Shown: positions 1 to 9,700 of the stretch, in pieces
Layout: each line of letters starts with the position of its first letter
Position numbering within the stretch: the first letter of the stretch is position 1
Assembly (NCBI GenBank): GCA_963823665.1
Contig: CAWGMQ010000007.1
Coordinates: 704,001-768,000 of the forward strand
Reading direction: 5' to 3'
Source: an uncultured Planctomycetota bacterium
GTDB lineage: Bacteria > Planctomycetota > Planctomycetia > Isosphaerales > Isosphaeraceae
Length of the DNA: 64,000 nt
Made by a program: the position numbers and the translations under genes
The notes under the pieces: model-generated
What the model was told of the DNA's origin: nothing
The model's database searches: none
The model's input: only the letters and a program-made list of their open reading frames with translations

Positions 1-1686
1 GCGCGACACCTCTCGGAGCTGGCGCTGGCGCTCGATGACGACCCGTTCCGACGGGCGATTCGCCAGGCGATTTTGAGCCAGAGCGTCGAGACTCTGCGTC
101 GGCTGGCGAAAGAATTGCCGAAAACCCCACAGCCAGCCGCGACCCTCTGGCTCATCGGAATCGCCCAGTCGACCACCGATGAGCGTGTCCAACTGCTGAT
201 GCATGCGCAGGTCGAGTATCCGGCGGACTTCTGGATTAATTTCCATCTCGGGTTATATCTGATCAATGCTCGTCCTCCTCTGCAAGACGACGGCGCCCGT
301 TTCCTCCAGGCCGCGCTCGCGCTCCGTCCATCGTCCCGCGTTCGAGGCTATTTCGGAAGGGTCCTCGTTCGACTGAACCGTCGCGAGGAGGCCGAGGCCG
401 TGATTCGCAAAGGATTGAGCCTGAACCCGCGGGACGCATCAAATTACTGGGCGCTTAGTGATCTCTGCCGTTGGCGGGGGCAGCTTCAAGCCGCCCTCAA
501 AGCGGACCGCAGTGCCGTTGCGCTCGACCCGGGCTTCGCGGACGCCCACCTCGACATGGGCCTGGACTTGTACTTGCTCGGGCGGTTCGACGAAGCGATT
601 GAAGCCTGCCGCAAAGCACTCGAGATCGATCCAACTTACCCTTGGGGACGTGTTACGATTGGTGCCGCACTACGGGGGAAGAAGCAGTACCGCGAGTCGC
701 TGGCCGTTTTCGAGATGGCGAGGAGATCCGACCCCAACAACCCCGTGCTGGCGAGAGAGATTGGCGCTACGATCCACGCACAAAATGGTCAGGATGGCTT
801 GATCGCTTACTGGCGCCGGGAGATGGAGCTGAATCCCAAGGACTGGAGGTCTCCCCTGTACCTCGGGATGGCGCTCGCAAGAAAGGGGCAAGTCGATGAG
901 GGGCTCGTCTCCCTCGAGAAGTCGATCTCGCTCACCCCAACAGACCCCACTGAGCTGGCCGTTGCGTATTCCGACTTCGGTTGGATTCTTACTGACAAGG
1001 GGCGTTTCGACGACGCGATCGTCTCGTTTCGGAAAAGCATCGAGATCCGACCGAGATATGAGTTAAAACCCGACGCTCTCGTGTGGGCCTACAAAGGAAT
1101 TGGCGACGCCCTGACGCGGCAGGCCAAGCTCGACGCAGCCGTCGCCGCTTATCGAAAGTGCATCGAGATCGAACCCACGTTCGTATGGGGGTACTTGCAG
1201 TCGATCTGGACGCTGCAGGAGCAAGGAAAGCAGCAAGAGGCGAACATCTTGCTGGGAAAAGCGCACGCGCTCGATCCCGCTGACCCGCAGCATCGCAACG
1301 TCCTGGCCTGGCACTTCGTGACGGGGCTTCCGAAGGAGCTTCGCGAACCCGCCCTTGGGGTCAAACTTGCCCGCGGGGCCGTCGAACTCGAGCCGGGAGT
1401 CGGCACCTACTGGAACACACTGGGCGTGGCTCACTACCGCGCCGGCGATTGGAATGCCGCGATCGCAGCGCTCCAGAAAAGCATGGAGCTTGGCAAAGGC
1501 GGGGACAGCTTCGACTGGTTCTTCCTGGCCATGGCCTACGAAAAGCTCGGCGACACGCAAAAGGCCCGCCAGTGGTACGAGCGCGCAACGGTCTGGATGG
1601 AGAAGAACCAGGCTAAGAATGAGGAACTGGGTCGTTTCAAAGCGGAAGCGGCCGAGCTGCTGGGTGTGGAAGGAAGAAAGAAGTGA
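1..1686 (+). CDS. TPR-repeat protein, 5'-truncated by window; probably C-terminus of a Ser/Thr kinase-TPR protein
   Basis: Frame open from base 1; many TPR helices (e.g. AYSDFGWILTDKGRFDDAIVSFRKSIE); C-terminal YWNTLGVAHYRAGDW...DWFFLAMA...EAAELLG typical of planctomycete kinase tails. Confidence 0.85.
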   Translation, partial: ARHLSELALALDDDPFRRAIRQAILSQSVETLRRLAKELPKTPQPAATLWLIGIAQSTTDERVQLLMHAQVEYPADFWINFHLGLYLINARPPLQDDGARFLQAALALRPSSRVRGYFGRVLVRLNRREEAEAVIRKGLSLNPRDASNYWALSDLCRWRGQLQAALKADRSAVALDPGFADAHLDMGLDLYLLGRFDEAIEACRKALEIDPTYPWGRVTIGAALRGKKQYRESLAVFEMARRSDPNNPVLAREIGATIHAQNGQDGLIAYWRREMELNPKDWRSPLYLGMALARKGQVDEGLVSLEKSISLTPTDPTELAVAYSDFGWILTDKGRFDDAIVSFRKSIEIRPRYELKPDALVWAYKGIGDALTRQAKLDAAVAAYRKCIEIEPTFVWGYLQSIWTLQEQGKQQEANILLGKAHALDPADPQHRNVLAWHFVTGLPKELREPALGVKLARGAVELEPGVGTYWNTLGVAHYRAGDWNAAIAALQKSMELGKGGDSFDWFFLAMAYEKLGDTQKARQWYERATVWMEKNQAKNEELGRFKAEAAELLGVEGRKK

Positions 1687-1868
1687 CTTCTCTCCCAAGA
1701 TTTCCTGGCGGGTTTCGCCGGAAACGGGGCATTGAGTAACGGAACAATTGCTGAAGAAGTTCGGAGACACCGACGGATAGCGTTCTGACGACAGCCTGAA
1801 CACGTCACCAAATAAAGCGGCCGGTGAGTCTCACCGCCAAGCAGGAGTTTGACCGGATCAGCAATGCC

Positions 1869-1885
1869 CTGGCGCTCGGTCTGCG
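1869..1885 (+). promoter_or_regulatory. Putative sigma-54 -24/-12 promoter
   Basis: CTGGCGCTCGGTCTGCG has GG-N10-GC spacing; the same motif recurs at 4121-4137 upstream of the next gene. Confidence 0.45.
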
Positions 1886-1943
1886 CGCCGCGGCGCTTGC
1901 ACAGTCTTGCCATCGCAGACCGCATCGAAAACGGAGCTTCACC

Positions 1944-3974
1944 ATGTCTCTTTCCACTCTGCTTTCGGGGACTTTTTCGCACAGCCAGGCCCGGCGCGGC
2001 AAGCGTCGCAACCCCGCGTCGCGATCGAAGAAGGCCCGCTTCTCGCTGGAGCTGCTCGAAGCACGGGCGCTGCTGACCAGCTACACAGCCGCGGGCGTCT
2101 CGGACTTGATCGCCGACATCACCGCGGCCAACACGAACGGCGGCGCGAACACGATCACGCTAACGGCCGCGACCACCGCGCCCTACGTCTTGACTGCTGT
2201 GAATAACACCACCAACGGCTCGAACGGCCTCCCCGTGATCGCCGCCAACGACAACCTGACTTTGGTCGGCAGCGGCGACACCATCGAACGGTCCACGGCT
2301 GCGGGAACAGCGCCTTTTCGGCTATTCGACCTGGCTATCGGGGGGTCGTTGACGCTACAGAGCTTGACGCTGCAACGCGGTCTGGCGTTCGGTTCGGGGG
2401 TGTCTGCTGAGGGTGGTGCGATTGATAATCAAGGCAACCTGACCCTGAGCGATGTGACCGTCGAGAATAATATCGCCCAGGGCGCCAGCGCGTCGTCAAC
2501 CGCCGGCCAAAACGCGGAAGGTGGCGCCATCTACTCCAGCGGCTTGTTGACGCTCTCTGGCGGCACGACGGTCGAGAACAATAGCGCCCTCGGTGGCAAC
2601 GGCACCCCAGGCAAATCCTTAGCAGCCGGCAGCGGGTACGGGGGCGCACTCTATGTGGCAAGCTCAACCGTAAATGTGACCAATGCGATCCTGTCCTCCA
2701 ATATCGCTGTTGGCGGCAACGGCGGCAACCAGATCAAGGGCTTAGGTACCGGTGCTATCGGCCCGGCCGGCAATGGCTGCGGGAGCGCGCTTTACGTCGC
2801 TGGTGGGACGGTCACACTGGCCAGCGATAACGTCTCTTCCAATGCGGCTCAAGGCGGCCAGGGCGGCAGTCGCGTTCCGGGTGGTTCTATTAGCTCTAGC
2901 AACCAGCCCGGCGGAAGCGGATCCGGTGGCGCACTGTACGCTTCCGCCGGCACGGTCTACGTGAGCAGCTCGACACTGCAGAGCAATACCGCACAGGGTG
3001 GCGGCGGAGGCGGTCTCGCTGGTTCCGACGGCGCCCGCGGCGGTAATGGATGCGGGGGTGCGATTGTGATCGGCAACGCCACGGTCAGCATGTCTGGCGA
3101 TACCCTGTCTTCCAATACCGCTCAGGGCGGAAACGGTGGGGCGGGCGTAAATCTCGGCAACGGTGGCAACGGGCTCGGAGGCGGAATTTACCAGCCCACC
3201 TCCACTAAACTGGTGTCCGTTTTGACCAACACAACACTGTCATCCAATATCGCCCAGGGCGGCAGCGCCAGCGGCGGAGTAGGTGGCAACGGGCTCGGAG
3301 GCGGAATTTACCAGTCCACCCTCGACACTCAACTGGTGTCCGTTTTGACCAACACAACTCTGTCATCCAATATCGCCCAAGGCGGCAGCGCCAGCGGCGG
3401 ATTAGGTGGCAACGGGCTCGGCGGCGCGATTTACGTCGGCTCTGGGTCGATCGAAATCGACATGAGTGCTGTTTCTTCCAATCTCGCGCAGGGCGGAACT
3501 CGGTCCGGTCTGGGTGAGGGCGGGGGCTTGTTCATCGCCGCCGGCGGCGCGACCCTGCAGGGGAACACCATACAATCCAACTCCGCTACCTCCGCTGGCG
3601 GCGGTATCTACGTTCAGGCCTACACCGGCTGGTACGAGTGGGCGGGGGAAGACGGCTTTGGCGGCACCCTCCTGACAGGTAACTGGCTGGCTGACGCCAT
3701 CAATGCCGAGCAGACGACGATTACTTTGTACGATAACTCGGCGATTGTCCCAGGGACGATTGTCATCGGTTCGGAAGCAATGACTGTCACCGCGATTAAC
3801 GGGTACGCGTCCGTTCTAGCCGTTGTTCGCGGCGTCGATGGCACAACAGCGGCGAGCCATGCTGCCGGCGCCAGCGTCTATCCGGCCCTGGAGTTGGATG
3901 CATTTACCCTCGCGAATCTTGTCAACAATACCGCCCCCAACGATCCGAACATCGACGGGGCGTACTTCAGCTAG
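1944..3974 (+). CDS. Planctomycete extracellular (LEPR-XLL-type) Gly-rich beta-helix surface protein
   Basis: GGAG RBS before ATG 1944; Arg-rich N-terminus then LELLEARALL; repeated N-x-A-x-GG...GGA(I/L)Y units. Confidence 0.85.
   Translation: MSLSTLLSGTFSHSQARRGKRRNPASRSKKARFSLELLEARALLTSYTAAGVSDLIADITAANTNGGANTITLTAATTAPYVLTAVNNTTNGSNGLPVIAANDNLTLVGSGDTIERSTAAGTAPFRLFDLAIGGSLTLQSLTLQRGLAFGSGVSAEGGAIDNQGNLTLSDVTVENNIAQGASASSTAGQNAEGGAIYSSGLLTLSGGTTVENNSALGGNGTPGKSLAAGSGYGGALYVASSTVNVTNAILSSNIAVGGNGGNQIKGLGTGAIGPAGNGCGSALYVAGGTVTLASDNVSSNAAQGGQGGSRVPGGSISSSNQPGGSGSGGALYASAGTVYVSSSTLQSNTAQGGGGGGLAGSDGARGGNGCGGAIVIGNATVSMSGDTLSSNTAQGGNGGAGVNLGNGGNGLGGGIYQPTSTKLVSVLTNTTLSSNIAQGGSASGGVGGNGLGGGIYQSTLDTQLVSVLTNTTLSSNIAQGGSASGGLGGNGLGGAIYVGSGSIEIDMSAVSSNLAQGGTRSGLGEGGGLFIAAGGATLQGNTIQSNSATSAGGGIYVQAYTGWYEWAGEDGFGGTLLTGNWLADAINAEQTTITLYDNSAIVPGTIVIGSEAMTVTAINGYASVLAVVRGVDGTTAASHAAGASVYPALELDAFTLANLVNNTAPNDPNIDGAYFS
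3162..3432 (+). repeat. Intragenic tandem repeat, ~120-123 bp, just over 2 copies
   Basis: GGNGLGGGIYQ...LVSVLTNTTLSSNIAQGGSASGG repeated with near-identical DNA. Confidence 0.85.
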
Positions 3975-4120
3975 ATCACGACAACGCTGCCGCCGGTCAT
4001 TACCCAGCCGGCCAGCTCCAGTCAGAATCCGATTACCGGGACGGGCACCTATCTGCGAGTGCAGGGCCCCGATCCCCAGGGCGCCGAGCTAAGCAGAAGT
4101 CTCACCGGACCTGCCGGACC

Positions 4121-4137
4121 CTGGCGCTCAACCTGCG
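4121..4137 (+). promoter_or_regulatory. Putative sigma-54 -24/-12 promoter
   Basis: CTGGCGCTCAACCTGCG, GG-N10-GC, inside a ~55-bp block shared with 1848-1897. Confidence 0.45.
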
Positions 4138-4250
4138 CGCCGGGGGGCGCGAACTGTGAACGGGATCTAGCCAGCTCCGGCAGTCGATCCGCATGCCGGG
4201 CCAAGCTGGTTTTTCACGCGGATCAGTTCTCTCCAAGAAAGGCCTGCATC

Positions 4251-6104
4251 ATGTTGTTTGCACCCTGGTCTCTGCTTTTGTCAACGCGCTCTCCGGCTCG
4301 GTCGCGGAGCCCTGGATCGAGACCAACCCGTTCGCGGCGCTCGGTCCTGCCGCGCCTGGAAGTGATGGAGGATCGGAAGCTGCTCAGCACCTTCACGGTG
4401 ACCAGCCTGAGCGACACCGGCGCCCACTCGCTACTGGCGGGCATCCAGTCCGGCGATGCGACCATCGCATTCGCGCCGGGGCTGCACGGCACCATCACGC
4501 TGGACAGCGAATTGCCGATCAACCACAGTGTGACCATCGACGGCCCCGGGGCGAACGAGTTGTCTGTGAGCGGCAACGACTCGGGCCGTGTCTTCGAGAT
4601 CGAGGCCGGCCAGGTCGCCATCTCCGGTTTGACGATCACCGATGGCGAGGAAGTCGCCGCCAATGGAGGCGGCATTCTCGTCGACGCGGGCGCGATCCTG
4701 AACCTTGACCAGGTCGTTGTGTCCGGCAACAGTGCCTACGCCGACTCCTCGGGCAACTTTGGCAACGGCGGCGGCATCGAGAATGACGGTAGCCTTACCG
4801 TCACGGAATCCCTCTTCACAAACAACCTGGCCTCCGGCGGCGAATACGCCGCCCCGATCACCGGCTCCATCACCGAAGGCTCCGCCGGCGGAGCCATCGA
4901 CAGCCAGGGGCCTTCGCTGACGGTGAGCGACAGTGAATTCACCACTAATAAAGCCGTCGGCCCCGCGACGGGCACTGGTGAAGGCAATGGCGGCGCCATC
5001 AACAGCAGTTCCCCCGCGACCATCACCTACTCCACGTTCAATGGCAACGAGGCGCTCGGCCGGACGAGCAACGGCGGCGCCTTGACCACGGGCGAGAACG
5101 AAAACTTCGCCGCGCCTTCGATGGCCATCAGCACCTGCACGTTCACCGGCAACGAGGCTATCGGGGCCAGCGGAGCCAACAACTCCGCCGCGGTGTTCGG
5201 CGGTGAGGCCCTGGGCGGCGCCATGGCCAATGCCGGCCCGCTCACCATCGCCAACAGCTCGTTTACCGGCAACGTGGCCCAGGGCGGGAACCAGGGCGAC
5301 AACGTCGGCGGCGTCGACCCGAACCCAGTCCTCGGCGAGGCATGGGGCGGCGGCCTGGTGAACTTTGCCAGCACGCTCTCGATAACCAATACCGTCTTTA
5401 GCTGCAACCAGGCCATCGGCGGCAACTCCGCCACCGGACCCGGAGCTCCGGCCGCGGGCGGCGGTCTCGCCTCGGAAATCATGGCTAGCACGACCCTCAC
5501 CGGCGTGACTTTCCTGGACAACAAGGCGATTGGCGGCAGCGGTGGCAGCAGCAGCCCCGGATATCCGGGCACGGGTGGCAGCGGGTTTGGCGGCGGCTTT
5601 TACACCGGGGTCGACTCGACCGCCACAGTCTCAGGCTCCCTCTTCTTCGAAAATCAGGCGGTTGGCGGCGCCGGCGGTTCGGGAGCCGCGGGGGGCATGG
5701 GCGCTGGTGGCGGCATCGCGAATGGCGGCGGCATCGGCGCATTTGAATTGGCTTTCCTGGGTCTCGGTACGGACACGTCGACCCTCTCCGTCGCCGGCGG
5801 TTCGCTACTCTCCAACGTGGCCCAGGGCGGCGGCGGGGGGGCCGGCAGCAATGGCGGCAACGGCTCAGGCGGCGGCTGCTTCGTGCTCGGCACCACGAGC
5901 GCGTCGATTGATGCCACGCTGATCGTTTTCAACTCTGCGATGGGCGGCTCAGCCGGCACGGGCGGAGCCAGCGGCCAGGGCACCGGCGGCGGCCTCTACA
6001 TCGACTCGGGCGCCGTCGTCGAGCTCACCACGTCGATCGATGTCTTTTTCAACTCTGCGTCGACGAGCAATAAGAACATCTTCGGCGTCTACACCACAAG
6101 TTGA
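4251..6104 (+). CDS. Planctomycete extracellular (LEPR-XLL-type) Gly-rich beta-helix protein, paralog of 11636-13492
   Basis: PRLEVMEDRKLLSTFTVT motif, GGGI/GGAI repeats, TIDGPGANELSVSG...RVFEI domain. Confidence 0.85.
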   Translation: MLFAPWSLLLSTRSPARSRSPGSRPTRSRRSVLPRLEVMEDRKLLSTFTVTSLSDTGAHSLLAGIQSGDATIAFAPGLHGTITLDSELPINHSVTIDGPGANELSVSGNDSGRVFEIEAGQVAISGLTITDGEEVAANGGGILVDAGAILNLDQVVVSGNSAYADSSGNFGNGGGIENDGSLTVTESLFTNNLASGGEYAAPITGSITEGSAGGAIDSQGPSLTVSDSEFTTNKAVGPATGTGEGNGGAINSSSPATITYSTFNGNEALGRTSNGGALTTGENENFAAPSMAISTCTFTGNEAIGASGANNSAAVFGGEALGGAMANAGPLTIANSSFTGNVAQGGNQGDNVGGVDPNPVLGEAWGGGLVNFASTLSITNTVFSCNQAIGGNSATGPGAPAAGGGLASEIMASTTLTGVTFLDNKAIGGSGGSSSPGYPGTGGSGFGGGFYTGVDSTATVSGSLFFENQAVGGAGGSGAAGGMGAGGGIANGGGIGAFELAFLGLGTDTSTLSVAGGSLLSNVAQGGGGGAGSNGGNGSGGGCFVLGTTSASIDATLIVFNSAMGGSAGTGGASGQGTGGGLYIDSGAVVELTTSIDVFFNSASTSNKNIFGVYTTS

Positions 6105-6181
6105 CCATCGCTGTTCACGACAAATTGTGGCCGGTAGTGCCACGGGAAGGGAAATCGGCCGGTGAGGCCGCGCCGGACTCT

Positions 6182-6213
6182 GTTGTGGCATGGTCTCGAC
6201 ACCATGCCACAAC
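6182..6213. repeat. Perfect 13-bp inverted repeat (hairpin)
   Basis: GTTGTGGCATGGT-ctcgac-ACCATGCCACAAC. Confidence 0.8.
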
Positions 6214-6390
6214 TTGCGAAACGCCCGCTAATGCCGAGCCAGTTGCAACCACTGAAACTCCTGACCTGGCGCAACCTGGTTCTCGACCCGTTGCCGAAGG
6301 GCTGGCACGCGTCCAAGACCTAGAAAGGAGGTTTGGTTGATAGCGCTACAACAGTTTCCTGTCAACATCTTTTTTTTGGAGAATGTCCCA

Positions 6391-6579
6391 ATGAACACGC
6401 ACGACGACCGTGAAGGCGCCAAGGCCGTGAACACACCCATGGTTTCCGCCGGGTTGAAGGCGGCCGAGGCGTCGGAGATCAAAGAGGAGCTGACTGACGA
6501 CCAGCTCGCCAAGATCACCGGGGGTTTGAACCCGCAACCCCTGCCCCCGAAGGTGCCAGACCCTGAGAGGGTGACCTGA
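6391..6579 (+). CDS. 62-aa peptide with double-glycine (bacteriocin/RiPP-type) leader and Pro-rich core
   Basis: GGAGA RBS before ATG 6391; EELTDDQLAKITGG followed by LNPQPLPPKVPDPERVT; own terminator downstream. Confidence 0.75.
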   Translation: MNTHDDREGAKAVNTPMVSAGLKAAEASEIKEELTDDQLAKITGGLNPQPLPPKVPDPERVT

Positions 6580-6586
6580 CAGAGTC

Positions 6587-6621
6587 AGGGCCCTCGACGG
6601 CCGTTGTCGGGGGCCTTCTTC
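6587..6621 (+). terminator. Putative intrinsic terminator after peptide gene
   Basis: AGGGCCCTCGAC...GTCGGGGGCCTT stem (with G-U pairs) followed by a pyrimidine run. Confidence 0.55.
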
Positions 6622-6791
6622 ATGAGCATTCCGGAAAACCGGTGTCAAGGAAGAGCCGGAGGTGTCAGGAATGTCCCTGGCACCTTCGGTCAGCCTACCA
6701 CGCCGAGTGTACCCAGCACGCACGTTCGTGAACACGTGAGACGGATTGTTCATCACCAGAGCGAATTCAACACCACGGGAGCGAGAGAATC

Positions 6792-9700
6792 ATGAGTCGC
6801 AAGTCACCGAGGGGCCAGCGGAAGGATGGGCGGGGAACGGTCGAGGCCCGAAACCAGTGGCGGATCCAGCCGACGCTCTTGGCACTGGAGGATCGCACGC
6901 TGCTGTCGACGTTCACCGTGACCAACACCGCCGACAGTGGCACGGGCTCGCTGCCCTATGAGATAGGCCTGGCGAATTCGAATCCTGGTTCCAACACCAT
7001 CAACTTCAGCGGTCTCGAGTTCAGTGCGTCGAGGACGATCATCCTGAAGGGCGCCCAGCTCGAGCTGAGCAACACGAGCGGGAAGCAGATGATCAATGGC
7101 CCCGCCGCGCGTTTGACAGTCAATGGCGGCAGGCTGAGCCGGGTGTTCCAGGTCGATGCGGGTGTCACGGCGTCAATCACGGGAATCACGATCGACGGCG
7201 GCAAAACCAGCACCGGCGGCGGTGGTCTATACATCGATGGGGGAACGACCACGCTGAGCGATTGCACGGTCAGCGGCAACTCCGCCGGCACAAACGGCGG
7301 CGGCGTGTTGAACAACGGGGGCGTGATAGCGCTCGACAGCACCACCGTCAGTGGAAACTCCGCGACTGTGAGCGGCGGCGGCGTGTACACCGCGAACGGC
7401 ACGACCACACTGACGAGTTGCACGGTGAGCGGCAACTCCGCATCCGTGAGCGGCGGCGGCCTGTACGACGATGGGGGAACGACCACGCTGACCACGTCCA
7501 CCATCCGCGGAAACTCCGCCGCCAAAGGTGGCGGCGGCCTTGCCAACTTCGGCGGCATGACCACGTTGACGAATGTTACCGCCAGCGGCAACACCGCCGG
7601 CGCAAACGGCGGCGGCCTGCTCAACCAGGGCGGAATAACCACGCTGACCAACTCGACCGTCAGCGGCAACTCCGCATCCTCTGATGGCGGTGGCCTGGCC
7701 AACGTCGGCGGCACGACCACGCTGACGAGCGTCACGGTCAGCGGAAACTCCACCTCATCGAGCGGCGGCGGCCTGTATACCTCTGGCGGCGCGACCACGT
7801 TGATTGACGTTACGGTGAGCGGCAACACCGCCACTGCCAGCGGCGGTGGCCTCGACAACCTGGGCAACACGACCGCGCTGACCAACGTTACCGTCAGCGG
7901 CAACGCCGCGGGCACGAACGGCGGCGGCCTGTATACCTCAGGCGGCATGACGACGCTGAACGACGTTACCGTCAGCGGCAACTCCGCCACTTCTAGCGGC
8001 GGCGGCCTGGACAACGTCGGCGGCACGACGACGCTCAACAACACGATCGTTGCCGGCCAGAAGGCAGGAGGCGACATCTCAGGCGTTGTTTCAGGCTCGT
8101 TTAACCTGATTGGCACCGGCGGATCGGGCGGACTGTTGAACGGGGTCGACGGCAACTTGGTCGGTATCGCCAATCCCGGTTTGGCGCCCTTGGGCAGCTA
8201 CGGCGGGCCGACCCAGACCATGCCACTTCTTTACGGCAGCCCGGCGACCGGCGCCGGCAGCGACGCGCTCGTGCCTGCCGGCATCACGACCGACCAGAGG
8301 GGCTCGCCCCGCTTCTTCAACGGCAATGTCGACGTCGGCGCGTATGAGCTTCAGGTCGTCATCGTCCCGAGCTTCGTGGTCAACATCACCGCCGACTACT
8401 CCGATCCGACCGACGGCAATACCAGCCTCCGCGAGGCGATCGCTAGCGCCAACGCGCTTCCGGGCCACACGATCACCTTCGATCCGACCGTCTTCGCGAG
8501 CGCCCAGACGATCACTCTGGCCGGTCTCCAGCTCGACCTGAGCGACACGAGTGGCACCGAGACGATCACGGCCCCGGCAGCGGGCCTGACGGTCAGCGGC
8601 GGAGGGCTGAGCCGGGTGTTCCAGGTCGACGCGAGTGCCACGGCGTTTTTAGCGGGACTGACGATCATCGGTGGTAGCGCCGGCAGCGGCGGCGGTCTGT
8701 ACAACGATGGCGGCAAAACCACGTTGACGAACGTGACCGTCAGCGGCAACTCCGCCGGCACAAACGGCGGCGGACTCTTGAGCCAGGGGGGCACAACAAC
8801 GCTGATCAACGTGACCGTCAGCGGCAACACCGCCGGCGCAGACGGCGGCGGCCTTTCGAGCCAGGGGAGCACGACCACGCTGACGAACGTCACCGTCAGC
8901 GGAAACTCCGCGTCCGCGATTGGCGGCGGCCTTCACGCCTCTGGCGGCACGACCACGCTGACGAACGTCACCGTCAGTGGCAACTCTGCCTCCGTCAGCG
9001 GCGGAGGCCTGTACGTCTCTGGCGGCACGACCACGCTGACCAACGTGACCGTCAGCGGCAACTCCGCGGCCGTGAGCGGCGGCGGCCTGTTCAACCAGGG
9101 GAGCGCGACCACGCTGACCAATACGATCGTCGCCGGCCAAACGGCGGGAGGCGACATCTCAGGCGCTGTCTTGGGCTCGTTTAACTTGATCGGCACGGGC
9201 GGCTCGGGCGGGCTGACGAACGGGGTCGCCGGCAACATCGTCGGCGTGGCCGACCCGGGGCTCGCCCCGCTAGGCGGCTACGGCGGGCCGACTCAGACGA
9301 TGGCGCTGCTGAATGGAAGTGCGGCCATAAACGCCGGCACGACGGGTGCCGGCATCCCGCCCACGGACCAGCGCGGCTTCGGCCGCCAGGGCGCCGTCGA
9401 CATCGGCGCGTTCCAGGTTGGCAGCGAGGTCGTCAACACGGCCGCGGGTGGCGTACTCGCGAGTCCCGGCCAGCTCACCCTGCCCCAGGCGGTCAACCTG
9501 GCCAACGTCTTGCCCGGCGCCCAGACGATTCTATTTGACAACACGGTTTTCAAAACGCCGCAGACGATCACTCTGAGCGGCACGCAACTCGAGCTGAGCA
9601 ACACCAGCGGGACGGAGACGATCACGGGCCCGGCGGCGGGATTGACGGTCAGCGGCGGCGGGCTGAGCCGGGTGTTTCAAGTCGACGCGCCCGTCGCGGC

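Noticed and set aside
6290..6330. TGGCAC as a sigma-54 promoter for the peptide gene (similar hexamers at ~18212 and ~31168)
   Set aside because: No GC at the required GG-N10-GC spacing.
6391..6579. Complete RiPP biosynthetic gene cluster
   Set aside because: No radical SAM, LanM, YcaO, ATP-grasp or peptidase-transporter gene in the window; only the precursor-like peptide is supported.
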